A stretch of DNA of 64,000 bases from Gammaproteobacteria bacterium. Its GTDB lineage: Bacteria > Pseudomonadota > Gammaproteobacteria > Eutrophobiales > Eutrophobiaceae. The DNA lies in contig OZ244905.1 of NCBI GenBank assembly GCA_965221695.1, positions 3,232,001 through 3,296,000 of the forward strand, read 5' to 3'. The notes beneath the pieces are model-generated. The model was not told the DNA's origin, made no database searches, and was given only the letters and a program-made list of their open reading frames with translations. Shown here in pieces: positions 27,585-37,190 of this stretch. Positions within the stretch are counted from its first letter, which is position 1. Each line of letters starts with the position of its first letter. The translations under genes and the position numbers were made by a program.

Positions 27585-29330
27585 TCAGTTGGTCTGGTAA
27601 CCGGAACCAAGCGCCTTGTAGGCGCCGTCGGTCCCATACCAGGTGATGAATTCTTCCCAGTTGGGCGCTTCGCGCCAGTTGATTTCGGTGTCGGTAACCA
27701 CTTGTACCAGCGCTGTCTTGCCGGAATCCAGGGCGCGTCGAATCGCGGGACCAATCTCTTCGGTCCTGGTTACATACTCACCATGGGCGCCCAGGCCCCG
27801 GGCAACCTGATCCAGCCGGATATCCTTCTGGCCCTCCACCTCCACTTTACCGTCTTCACCAAAAGTATCCACATAAGCGGACTGCTCCATGCCCCAGGCG
27901 CCGTCGAAATTCACGATGATCACGATCGGCAGGTTATGGCGGGTCATGGTTTCCAGTTCCATCAGGTGGAACATGAGCGCGGAGTCGCCGGTGATCAAAG
28001 CCACCCTGCGCTCGTTGCCAACAGCCAGTTGCGCGCCGATGGCATAAGGCATCCCCGCGCCCAGGTGCCCGAACTTGGAAGTCCACAGGTAATCGTTGCT
28101 GCGCTGTTCGTGGTAGAGAAATTCCCACAACGTGGTGCAACCCCCGTCCCTGACGATGACCGCGTCATCCGGGATGGCCTTGCGCGCTTCAACCATCAGG
28201 CGTCCGGGGTGGATCTTTTCCGTTGCCGGCGCTGCGTCGATAAGCGAGTTACGGAAGCTGACGAAACGTTCACGCCATTCAGCCAGCCTGGCGTGGGGGG
28301 TGAATGGTCCCGAAGCCTGCAATGCCCGGGTCAACTGGGGCGCAACATCGCGTAAATCGCCTACCAGGGGCACATCGATTTCCCGATTGACGCCAATGGC
28401 AGACGGATCTCGTTCAATATATATCCACTTTCTGCCGGTGTTGCCCTCGGCAAAATGGAATGCCTTGCCGTAATGGAAATTCTCTCCTATGGAAGCGCCC
28501 ACCGCCAGTACCACATCAGCCTCCGCCACCGCCTCATTGGCGGATTCAGAGGAATACATTAATACTTGTTCGTGGGTTTCTGGCAGTGCTCCACGCCCGC
28601 CCCAGGTGCAGATTACGGGACATTTCAGGGTTTCAGCCAAGCCTCTGACCTGGTCATGGCCCCTTGAGGTATGTACGCCTGTACCGGCGATCAATATCGG
28701 CAGTTGCGCATTCCTCAGGGTCTGTACAGCCTCGTCGATGGCTTGCGGGTCAGCCTGCTGTGTAGTCAGGCGGTATTGCTCCGGTGGCAGGATGGGATCG
28801 AATTCCAGTTTTTCAAATTCGGTGTTCTCCGGTATCTCAATGAATACCGGTCCCGGCTTACCCGACTGGGCCTGTCGAAATGCCTCGCGGAAAACCTCGT
28901 CCACCAATGCCGGGAACTCGATGATACCGATGTATTTCATCGCTTCTTCGAAAAAGCGCGGTTGGTGCGTATACTGAAACTTGCTGCGCCGTACCGAAGA
29001 GTCGAATACCCGCGCCCGTTGCGCGGCGATAAACAAGGTGGGAATATTTTCCTTGGAGGCAAGGACCGCGGCAGGCAGCATGTTGGCAACGCCTGGTCCT
29101 TCACCGGCCATTACGACACCCATCCTCCCGGTCATGCGGGACAGGCCGTCAGCCATCATGCCCCCTGCGGCTTCGTGGCGCGGGCTGATAACCTTGATGC
29201 CCTTCTTTACGGCCTGGTGGTGAATTTCCAGGTAGCCGGGGTCAGGAATGGAAAATATATGTCCGATGCCTTCCGCCAGGAACAGGTCGACAATTCGCTC
29301 GCCAACGGATTGTGTAATCGTGTTGCCCAT
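27585..29330 (-). CDS. ThDP-binding protein (acetolactate synthase / HACL superfamily)
   Basis: RHEAAGG, GPGVAN, GPVFIEIP and TGDSAL...VNFDGAWG. Confidence 0.9.
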   Translation of the reverse strand: MGNTITQSVGERIVDLFLAEGIGHIFSIPDPGYLEIHHQAVKKGIKVISPRHEAAGGMMADGLSRMTGRMGVVMAGEGPGVANMLPAAVLASKENIPTLFIAAQRARVFDSSVRRSKFQYTHQPRFFEEAMKYIGIIEFPALVDEVFREAFRQAQSGKPGPVFIEIPENTEFEKLEFDPILPPEQYRLTTQQADPQAIDEAVQTLRNAQLPILIAGTGVHTSRGHDQVRGLAETLKCPVICTWGGRGALPETHEQVLMYSSESANEAVAEADVVLAVGASIGENFHYGKAFHFAEGNTGRKWIYIERDPSAIGVNREIDVPLVGDLRDVAPQLTRALQASGPFTPHARLAEWRERFVSFRNSLIDAAPATEKIHPGRLMVEARKAIPDDAVIVRDGGCTTLWEFLYHEQRSNDYLWTSKFGHLGAGMPYAIGAQLAVGNERRVALITGDSALMFHLMELETMTRHNLPIVIIVNFDGAWGMEQSAYVDTFGEDGKVEVEGQKDIRLDQVARGLGAHGEYVTRTEEIGPAIRRALDSGKTALVQVVTDTEINWREAPNWEEFITWYGTDGAYKALGSGYQTN

Positions 29331-29367
29331 GTGTTATCCCCAGATATATTGTCGCTTGATTATTATA

Positions 29368-29494
29368 AGAGGTTCCTTAACATAGTATTATAAATCCTGT
29401 CGCTTGTATTCCCGCCGGCGTCTGCATCAACATCGTTTGCGGGATGCAGGTCCCTAGTGAATAATATTAGGGAATAATCATCAGAGGTTCCTTA
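29368..29494. repeat. Two right-end remnants of the MITE-like family
   Basis: AGAGGTTCCTTAA (29368-29380) and TCAGAGGTTCCTTA (29481-29494). Confidence 0.6.
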
Positions 29495-29516
29495 GCCGAT
29501 TGTCAGGAGCGCTACC

Positions 29517-30698
29517 ATGCCGCAGACCAATACAGTCCTTACCATCCCTGAGCCCGGTGTTGTGCAACTGAAGGAAAAACCGTATCCGCGCATCGTTGCG
29601 CCTTATGTCCTGGTCAAGGTGGCTATTGCGCCGATTTGTATTGAACACCAGATCTACCGGGATTTTACTTTCGAGTGGCATGAAGATTACGAACATTTGG
29701 GTCACGAGGGCGTCGGCGAGGTAGTCGAAAGCTGGAACGGTTCCAGGTTCAAGCCTGGCGATCGTGTGATTATCTACCAGGGGGATCCCTGTGGAGAGTG
29801 TTTTGTCTGTACCCGTGGCCTCAGCCCTACCCACTGCATGGACCATCCTTATGAACAGATGGATGGTGGCGCGACTCTGCAGGGCGTGGTGGATGACGGC
29901 CGTGGCACGGCTATGATGGAGTATACGGGCAGGATGGGCGTGGGCATGCGCGCCATTGAACTCAAGTGCAACAGTGAATCCGGGGGGTTTGGCTTCTCGC
30001 GTTATCGCATAGCTCCGGAAATCATGTTGCAGAAGATTCCCGACAATCTCGACTTCCGCCATGCGGCAGCGGCCAACTGCACGGCAGGCTGCACCTACAC
30101 CGGCATCGAGGAGCTGGGCGTCAGTCATGGCGATCACGTCCTGGTAGCAGGCATCGGTTTTATCGGGTTCGGCGCGATCATTAACGCCAAGTACCGGGGA
30201 GCGACCGTGATTGCGCTGGGACGCAATCAATACCGCATGCGTCTGGCACAGAAAATGGGGGCGGACTACCTGCTGAATCCCGAGGATCCGGACTGGCTTG
30301 AGCAACTTCGTGATATTACCGGCTATAAACAGGGCGTGGATTATGCCGCCGAATGTTCCGGTTACCCGTTTTATCAGACCCGTACCATCGCCGCTCTGCG
30401 TCGTTACGGCGGCGCATTCTTCTTCGGCTTCCTACCGGGTTCAGCGGAAAAATTAGGCATCCATGTGCTGGATGAGATCATGAACCGGCATGTATCATTG
30501 ACCGGCGGCCATGATGTGCGCTGGCATGATCGTGAAGGATTACTTAACATGCTGCAGGATCCAAGTGTTCAGAAGGCGGTGGATGTGGCGGTGACCCATG
30601 AGTTCAACATGAGCAATGGAAAGGGAGCCTTCGAAGCAGCCCTGTCGAAAAAGGCCGGTAAGATTTATCTATATCCGTGGGATGATTACGCCGGTTGA
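29517..30698 (+). CDS. Zn-binding MDR dehydrogenase (paralog 1)
   Basis: GHEGVGEV, CGECFVC...C and GIGFIG motifs. Confidence 0.88.
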   Translation: MPQTNTVLTIPEPGVVQLKEKPYPRIVAPYVLVKVAIAPICIEHQIYRDFTFEWHEDYEHLGHEGVGEVVESWNGSRFKPGDRVIIYQGDPCGECFVCTRGLSPTHCMDHPYEQMDGGATLQGVVDDGRGTAMMEYTGRMGVGMRAIELKCNSESGGFGFSRYRIAPEIMLQKIPDNLDFRHAAAANCTAGCTYTGIEELGVSHGDHVLVAGIGFIGFGAIINAKYRGATVIALGRNQYRMRLAQKMGADYLLNPEDPDWLEQLRDITGYKQGVDYAAECSGYPFYQTRTIAALRRYGGAFFFGFLPGSAEKLGIHVLDEIMNRHVSLTGGHDVRWHDREGLLNMLQDPSVQKAVDVAVTHEFNMSNGKGAFEAALSKKAGKIYLYPWDDYAG

Positions 30699-30756
30699 GT
30701 AACCGGAAGGAGAAGCCCTGATGGAATCAGTCCTCCCTCAAATTGTCTGAGCTCTT

Positions 30757-31524
30757 TCAATAGAAGCGGTCCTTGCCGATAAGCCGCACCAACAACTGTG
30801 CGGTCGGGCCGCAAGACCAACCACTGTCCACCCGTAATGACTGACCGCTGATGTAGCTGCTTTCATCTGCTGCCAGGAAATGGAAAACCCCTGCCAGGTC
30901 GGCGACGGTGGCAACCCTGCCCAACGTGGTAAAGGCATGGGCAAGTGATTGGCCCTCAATGTCGCTACCCATGGCCGTTGTGGTATAGCTCGGGCAGATT
31001 GCATTGACCCTGATTGCGCGGGGGCCCAGTTCCAGAGCTGCCATTTCCGTCATACTGATCACAGCCGCTTTGGCAGCGGAATAAACGGCGCTACCAATCT
31101 TGCTTTCTATCGCGGCCATCGAGGCGGTATTGATAATCGAACCGGCGTCATTCATTCGTGCCGGCGCGTGTTTGAGTCCGTACATGACGCCCCATTGGTT
31201 GATGCGCGTGATCTTTTCCAGCAGGCCCTGGTCCGTTTCCTCGATTTTCGGACCGATATCACCGACGCCGGCGTTGTTGCAAACAATATCCAGTTTGGTG
31301 CCCAGTGTAGCGACGGCTGAATCCAGTGCGGTTGCGACGCTTGTCTCATCAGCGCTGTCAAGCGGTGTATAGTAGGCGCCGATTTCCGCGGCTGTCCCGG
31401 AGCCGTCCACAATGTCTGCTATGACCACGCGAGCGCCCGCGCCGACAAACCGTTCAGCTACGGCGCGGCCGATACCTCCCGCTCCGCCGGTGATGAAAGC
31501 CGTCTTATTTTCAAGTGAAAACAT
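30757..31524 (-). CDS. SDR family oxidoreductase (paralog of 21572-22345)
   Basis: TGGAGGIG, NNAG and YSAAK motifs; start MFSLENK. Confidence 0.92.
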   Translation of the reverse strand: MFSLENKTAFITGGAGGIGRAVAERFVGAGARVVIADIVDGSGTAAEIGAYYTPLDSADETSVATALDSAVATLGTKLDIVCNNAGVGDIGPKIEETDQGLLEKITRINQWGVMYGLKHAPARMNDAGSIINTASMAAIESKIGSAVYSAAKAAVISMTEMAALELGPRAIRVNAICPSYTTTAMGSDIEGQSLAHAFTTLGRVATVADLAGVFHFLAADESSYISGQSLRVDSGWSCGPTAQLLVRLIGKDRFY

Positions 31525-31531
31525 CGCTGTC

Positions 31532-33214
31532 TCAACCTGTGTATGCGGATGGCGCAAAAGCGTCCCTGTCGGTGCGGACATCAATCAAAAAAGGACCTTT
31601 CGAATCTATCGCCCTTGCGAGCGCCGATGGGAAGTCTGCCGGCCGGGTAACTTTTACCGCGTCAACGCCCATGGTTTTTGCAAGTTCTGCGAATTCAACG
31701 TCCGTATATTGCCAGAGCTCTTCGTGACGTCCGCGCAATTTGCCACCATAGGCAGGTATATAGACCTCCAGTTCTTCGTTCATGGATACATTATTGGCGA
31801 CCAGGATCACCACTGGGATGTTCCAGCGAGCAGCGGTTTCCAGTTCGGCCAGGTGATACCAGAGCCCGCCGTCTCCACTGAACAGGACGACCTGCCGTTC
31901 ATTTCCAAGAGCGCATTGCGCGCCTATTGCCGCTGGCAACCCCCAACCCAGGGAACCGGCTGCCCGAATAAAATCCTGTCCGGGTTTGACCAGGTCCACG
32001 AAAGTGCCGGTCCATATCCCGTTATAACCCGTTTCAGCCACCAGCAAGGCATCCTCTGGCAGGCGCTGGGTGAGTTCTGCGCAGAGTCGCTCGGGTCGTA
32101 GCGGTTCAGCATCGCTTTCATACTCACCTGCAACCTTTGCGCGCCAGTCGCTTACCAGTTTCCTGGACTGGTCCAGCCACTGTTGCCGGTCTGCTGGCAC
32201 AGCGGCGCGTGCGGCATCAAGCAGGCGCCTGAGTCCGGTTTTTGCGTCACAACACATAGAGGCATCAGTTTTATAATGACGACCCAGTTCCTCCGAATTT
32301 ATATCGAGTTGTACCACTTTTGCGCCCGCTGGCGGAACCTGGAAATTACAGGTAACCTGACTGCCGGTATGACTACCGATGTAGAAGACGAGGTCCGCTG
32401 CGAGTATGGCCCGGTTTGCGCTTTCGCGGCTGTAGAGCCCGCATACACCCACCAGGTTGGGGTGATCACCCGGCAGTACCGCCTTGGCATTCAGAGATGT
32501 TGCGACGGGGATTTGCAGGCGCTCGGAAAGCGCCGCTAGTTCCTTTCCCGCGCCGGAATGACGAACGCCTCCACCGGCTACGATAACAGGGCGCGCGGCT
32601 TCCTGCAGACATTCTAGAACCTTGTAGACAGACTCGGGTTCCGGGGCAGGCCGGAAGGGGCAAACACTGGAAATGGCCGTGTCGGTGATGCCAGTGAAAT
32701 CTGTCTCCTGCTCCTCCAGTTCACCGAAATGCCCCAGCAGTTCGATTACCGTTGGCCCGGGTGTGCCTGTGGTCGCCGACCTCACGCATTGCTCCAGAGC
32801 CTGCTGCAGGTCTTCTACCCGTGTCACCCTGGCCTGTGATTTGGTCAGCGGGCGGAACATTTCAAAATCCTCAATTTGCTGGTAGGTGTGACGGTTTCTT
32901 GTATGGTCGTAATGACCGCCGGTGATGGCGACCACGGGCGAATTGGCCAGGTAGGCGTCTTTTAGTCCTGCAGCCAGGTTTGCTGCGCCGACTGTCTGGG
33001 CGGCGCAAAATCCGACACGACCGGCAGCGCGCGCGTAACCATCAGCCATGTAAGCCGCCGCTTTTTCGCCGTGGGTCATAATCCTGCTGATGTCCGTGCG
33101 CATTTCCATCTCTACCAGGGTATTACATAATATTGTGGGCATGTAAAAGAAATGCGTAACACCCCAGGATTCCAGGGTTTGCGCCAGGAATTGCGCCCCG
33201 GTAATTCTTGCCAT
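31532..33214 (-). CDS. ThDP-binding protein (acetolactate synthase-like)
   Basis: HGEKAAAYMADGYAR, GSLGWG and SGDGG...ANN. Confidence 0.9.
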   Translation of the reverse strand: MARITGAQFLAQTLESWGVTHFFYMPTILCNTLVEMEMRTDISRIMTHGEKAAAYMADGYARAAGRVGFCAAQTVGAANLAAGLKDAYLANSPVVAITGGHYDHTRNRHTYQQIEDFEMFRPLTKSQARVTRVEDLQQALEQCVRSATTGTPGPTVIELLGHFGELEEQETDFTGITDTAISSVCPFRPAPEPESVYKVLECLQEAARPVIVAGGGVRHSGAGKELAALSERLQIPVATSLNAKAVLPGDHPNLVGVCGLYSRESANRAILAADLVFYIGSHTGSQVTCNFQVPPAGAKVVQLDINSEELGRHYKTDASMCCDAKTGLRRLLDAARAAVPADRQQWLDQSRKLVSDWRAKVAGEYESDAEPLRPERLCAELTQRLPEDALLVAETGYNGIWTGTFVDLVKPGQDFIRAAGSLGWGLPAAIGAQCALGNERQVVLFSGDGGLWYHLAELETAARWNIPVVILVANNVSMNEELEVYIPAYGGKLRGRHEELWQYTDVEFAELAKTMGVDAVKVTRPADFPSALARAIDSKGPFLIDVRTDRDAFAPSAYTG

Positions 33215-33228
33215 ATGGCAATACCCTC

Positions 33229-33314
33229 ACCTGTTACAGGTTGATTATTTGAGTGATTCTCATTGTTGCAAAAAAATTTGTACAGGTTGACATTTACAAC
33301 AGGTTACATAGAAT
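33229..33314 (+). promoter_or_regulatory. Divergent control region: sigma70 promoter overlapped by ACAGGTT repeats
   Basis: TTGACA (33287)-N16-TAGAAT. ACAGGTT occurs at 33236, 33282 and 33299, with a near-palindrome ACCTGTTACAGGT. Confidence 0.6.
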
Positions 33315-33364
33315 TACTATACTTACCTATTATACCAATTCAACCCACCGTCGGGAGAAAGCCG

Positions 33365-35911
33365 ATGAAGAAAAACAAATGTTTGCCGCGCGCAAGATTA
33401 CCCGGAACTGGTATCCCCTTTAAACGTTCCAGACTGGCCGTGGCAGTGTCTGCTGCAACGATGCTGTCCGGGCCGATAGTGGAGGCACAACAGACTCTGG
33501 AGGAGATAATCGTCACCGCACAGCGACGTGAACAATCGGTATTTGATGTCCCCTATAACATTTCTGTGCTTAGTGGCGATGCAATCAGAAACGTCGGGGC
33601 AGCCAATGTGGATGATGTGCTGCGCATGATACCAGGACTGGCTTTCGATAACGGTGGGACCAAACAGCAATTGAACAACAGTATGATCCTGCGCGGCGTT
33701 AATTTCCAGTCTCCGGGTTTTACCAACTCGTTCCAGAACCTGTCCGATGCCCCGGTTTCCATGTATGTCGGTGAAATTCCGGTGTTCTCTGTCATCAAGA
33801 TGACGGATATCGACAGGGTGGAAGTGCTGCGCGGCCCTCAGGGCACCCTGTACGGTTCGGGTTCGGTGGGAGGCACCGTGAAGTTCCATTTCAACAAGCC
33901 GGACCTGGAAAATCAGGTATTTGAAGCTTCCGGACGGTTTGGCGGCAACAGCCATTCGGATGAATTGAATTACAGCGCCGATTTTATCGGCAACTTACCG
34001 GTATCGGATAATTTTGCCATCCGCGTTTCCGCCGGTTACGAGGAACTGGGAGGCGTAACTGACGCTAACGGCAGATATGCCTTGGAAGCAAATAAAGATC
34101 CGGCTTCCACAGGCCCGGTAACCAGTGAAGTGATGGGCGAATTGCCGCCGGTGCCTGTTTTTTCCCAACCGGTTCTTGCAGACCCGAGCAACCCGGACAG
34201 TCCGGCGCTGGTTGAACCCGTCGATGATATCGATGATTTTGAGACCTGGTATATCAGGGGTTCGGCGTTATTAAAAATCAGTGAAAATGCGGAAGTGCTT
34301 GCCAGTTGGTATCACCAGGAAGATGATGGTTTCGGCGACACGGCATCCGCTGTGATCAATAACGATCCGAATGACAATATGGAGTGGGAGCACAACCTGC
34401 GCAGGGGAAGTGAAGACCTGAATTATACAACCGACATCGGCGCGCTGGAGATCACTGTTGACATGGGTTTTGCGACGGTGACTTCGGCAACCGGTTACAC
34501 CAACATAGACAAGGACTATACCAACGATATATCCGGTTTGTATGACCGCTTGGACGGTCTGGACTTTGGCGCTTTCACGGGCTTCGGTTCCTATGGCGGC
34601 TTTCCGCGCCTGACTACACCTAGCCCTCAGGTCCTGGATGAATTCGAGACATTCACCGAGGAAATCCGGTTGGTGACCGATACGGGCGGACGTTGGGACG
34701 TGGTGCTCGGGTTCTATTATGAAGACACCCGGCAGGATGTGGGCGGTTATGATCTCTGGCCCGGTTATTTCGAGTGGATAAATGACCCCACGACAGCGGT
34801 GGCCCAGACATACGGAACGCCTACGGTTGCTGATGCGCTGGCTGCCACCTCCAATACAGGACTCGGATATCCGTTTACCCTCTTCAGGAAAGTGGACTTT
34901 GAAGAGAAGGCGGTTTTCGGTGAAGTTACCATCCGATTGACCGATAAGTGGCAGGTAACCGGTGGAGCGCGTGTGTTCTGGCAGGACTTCGAACAGCTAT
35001 TGTTTAACCAGTTGCCTGTTTGTGGCTTATTCTGCAGCATAACCGGCGACCCGATCAACGGCACTGCTGCGGACGAAGCGACCAGCGCCGATTTCCAGGA
35101 TGAAATCTTCAAGGTAAACACGTCCTATGACATCATGGAAAACCACAAGATGTATTTTACCTGGGCAGAAGGTTTCCGCCACGGTGGCGCCAATCCCTTT
35201 GCCACCACGGGCGGAGGCGCAGTGCAAGAGGATTTCGTCCTGTTTGAATCGGACAAGGCAACCAACTGGGAGGTCGGACTGAAGGGGACGCTGATGGATA
35301 ACCGTATGCGTTACAGCATGGCAGGTTATTTTATTCAGTGGGATAATCCTCAGACCGATGGCTTTTTCGGTCCTTTTGCGCTGCCTGCGGTGATCAACGC
35401 AGAGGAGGCGGAAACCGTGGGTTTCGAAGTTGAAGTTACCGCAACACCGACCGATAATCTGCTGGTCACTTTCGGTTATAACTACGTGGACGCCGAGTTC
35501 AGCAAAGACGCCACCGCCTTGGCTGGATTAAGTGGCACTTACGCGACCATCGCCGATGGCGACCCGCTGCCAGGCGTGCCGGAGAGTATAGCTTCCTGGT
35601 CGATTGACTATTTCTATCCCTTGGATAACGGTTCCGAGATTCATGCCAACGTCAACGGCAATGTCCGGTCGAGTGTTACGACATTTCCGAACACAAACTT
35701 CCGTGACTACGCTAAAATCGACGGTTTTTCCATCTGGAACGCGTCGATTGAATGGCGCACCGACAAGGTAAGCATCGGCGCCTTCGTCAACAATATCGGT
35801 GATGAAGTGGCGGTTACCGGCGCTAGGATATTCCAAGCTGAATTCGATGATCGGGCCACAATCGGACGCCCAAGAAGTTTCGGGGTATTCGCCAACTATT
35901 CATTCAACTGA
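33365..35911 (+). CDS. TonB-dependent receptor
   Basis: Signal peptide, EEIIVTAQRRE, EVLRGPQGTLYG and C-terminal PRSFGVFANYSFN. Confidence 0.95.
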   Translation: MKKNKCLPRARLPGTGIPFKRSRLAVAVSAATMLSGPIVEAQQTLEEIIVTAQRREQSVFDVPYNISVLSGDAIRNVGAANVDDVLRMIPGLAFDNGGTKQQLNNSMILRGVNFQSPGFTNSFQNLSDAPVSMYVGEIPVFSVIKMTDIDRVEVLRGPQGTLYGSGSVGGTVKFHFNKPDLENQVFEASGRFGGNSHSDELNYSADFIGNLPVSDNFAIRVSAGYEELGGVTDANGRYALEANKDPASTGPVTSEVMGELPPVPVFSQPVLADPSNPDSPALVEPVDDIDDFETWYIRGSALLKISENAEVLASWYHQEDDGFGDTASAVINNDPNDNMEWEHNLRRGSEDLNYTTDIGALEITVDMGFATVTSATGYTNIDKDYTNDISGLYDRLDGLDFGAFTGFGSYGGFPRLTTPSPQVLDEFETFTEEIRLVTDTGGRWDVVLGFYYEDTRQDVGGYDLWPGYFEWINDPTTAVAQTYGTPTVADALAATSNTGLGYPFTLFRKVDFEEKAVFGEVTIRLTDKWQVTGGARVFWQDFEQLLFNQLPVCGLFCSITGDPINGTAADEATSADFQDEIFKVNTSYDIMENHKMYFTWAEGFRHGGANPFATTGGGAVQEDFVLFESDKATNWEVGLKGTLMDNRMRYSMAGYFIQWDNPQTDGFFGPFALPAVINAEEAETVGFEVEVTATPTDNLLVTFGYNYVDAEFSKDATALAGLSGTYATIADGDPLPGVPESIASWSIDYFYPLDNGSEIHANVNGNVRSSVTTFPNTNFRDYAKIDGFSIWNASIEWRTDKVSIGAFVNNIGDEVAVTGARIFQAEFDDRATIGRPRSFGVFANYSFN

Positions 35912-35924
35912 TCCTGATGGTTCA

Positions 35925-35968
35925 CCTGCAAGACCCCTGCCAACACCGGTTCGGCAGGGGATTTTGCA
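35925..35968 (+). terminator. Stem-loop after the receptor (terminator or mRNA stabiliser)
   Basis: TGCAAGACCCCTGCC...GGCAGGGGATTTTGCA inverted repeat. Confidence 0.55.
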
Positions 35969-35992
35969 TGTCTGTACATACCTGTAAGACCG

Positions 35993-37183
35993 ATGAGTGA
36001 ACCGAACGTCGTTCTGACTATCCCGCGCCCGGGGGAGATTGCGCTCAAGGAACGTCCGCATCCAAAAATTACCTCGGGCTTTGCGCTTGTAAGGGTGCGT
36101 ATAGCGCCTATCTGCATCGAACACCAGATTTACCGGGACTTCACCTTTGAATGGATGGAAGACAAGGAGAATATGGGTCATGAAGGGGTTGGAGAAGTGT
36201 GCGAGGTCGCGCCGGGTTCCCGTTTCAAGGTGGGCGATCGGGTTATCATCTACCAAGGGCATCCCTGTGGCCAGTGTTATGTCTGCACCAGCGCCCTCAG
36301 CCCCACTCACTGTATGCGAGTGCCATACGAACAGATGATTGCTGGTTCCACCATCAAGGGTATCGCTGACTCTGGCGATGGTTCTGGCACACTGCAGACC
36401 TTGGGAGAAATGGGGATTGGCAGGCGCGCCATTGAGATAGAATGTGGCAGTGACGGTGGTGGTTTCGGCTTTGGCCGCTTTCGCATTGCGCCGGAACTAA
36501 TGCTGCAGAAAATCCCGGACACCCTTGATTTTCGCTACGCCGCCGCTGCTAACTGCGCGTGCGGCTGTACCTACACCGGTATTGAGGAACTTGGCGTCGG
36601 ACCAGGAGACTTCGTGCTGGTGGCCGGCATTGGTTTTATCGGCTTTGGAGCCATCATCAACGCCAAATTTCGGGGCGCTACCGTGATTGCGCTGGGACGT
36701 AATGAGTACCGTATGCAGCAGGCAATGCAGATGGGCGCGGATTACGTTCTCAACCCGGAACATCAGGACTGGCTGGAACAATTGCGTGAGATAACCGGTT
36801 ACAAGCAGGGCGTAGACTTTGCTGCTGAGTGCTCTGGCTATCCCTATTACCAGAACAAGTGTATTGCGGCAGTGCGCCGTTATGGTGGAGTTTTCTTTTT
36901 TGGCCACGTGCCGGGCGCCGACCACAAGCTGGAAATCCATATCCTTGATGAGATCATGAACAGGCATGTGCATATTACCGGAGGCCATGATGTGCGCTGG
37001 CTGCATCGCGAAGGGCTGTTGAATATGTTGCAGGATGATTCAGTACAACAAGGTATTGACACAATGGTTACCCACGAATTCAACATGTCCGACGGCAAGG
37101 CAGCTTTCGAAGCCGCGCTCTCGAAACAGGCCGGGAAAATCTATCTTTATCCTTGGGAAGACTGCCCGCGCGCTAGCGGCTGA
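35993..37183 (+). CDS. Zn-binding MDR dehydrogenase (paralog 2)
   Basis: Long stretches identical to 29517-30698. Confidence 0.88.
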   Translation: MSEPNVVLTIPRPGEIALKERPHPKITSGFALVRVRIAPICIEHQIYRDFTFEWMEDKENMGHEGVGEVCEVAPGSRFKVGDRVIIYQGHPCGQCYVCTSALSPTHCMRVPYEQMIAGSTIKGIADSGDGSGTLQTLGEMGIGRRAIEIECGSDGGGFGFGRFRIAPELMLQKIPDTLDFRYAAAANCACGCTYTGIEELGVGPGDFVLVAGIGFIGFGAIINAKFRGATVIALGRNEYRMQQAMQMGADYVLNPEHQDWLEQLREITGYKQGVDFAAECSGYPYYQNKCIAAVRRYGGVFFFGHVPGADHKLEIHILDEIMNRHVHITGGHDVRWLHREGLLNMLQDDSVQQGIDTMVTHEFNMSDGKAAFEAALSKQAGKIYLYPWEDCPRASG

Positions 37184-37190
37184 TGTAATA

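Noticed and set aside
22726-33214. ThDP genes as ilvB/ilvI or as Xsc
   Set aside because: No regulatory subunit or ilvC nearby, and the N-termini lack the AHAS GYPGG and Xsc GIIGSA motifs.
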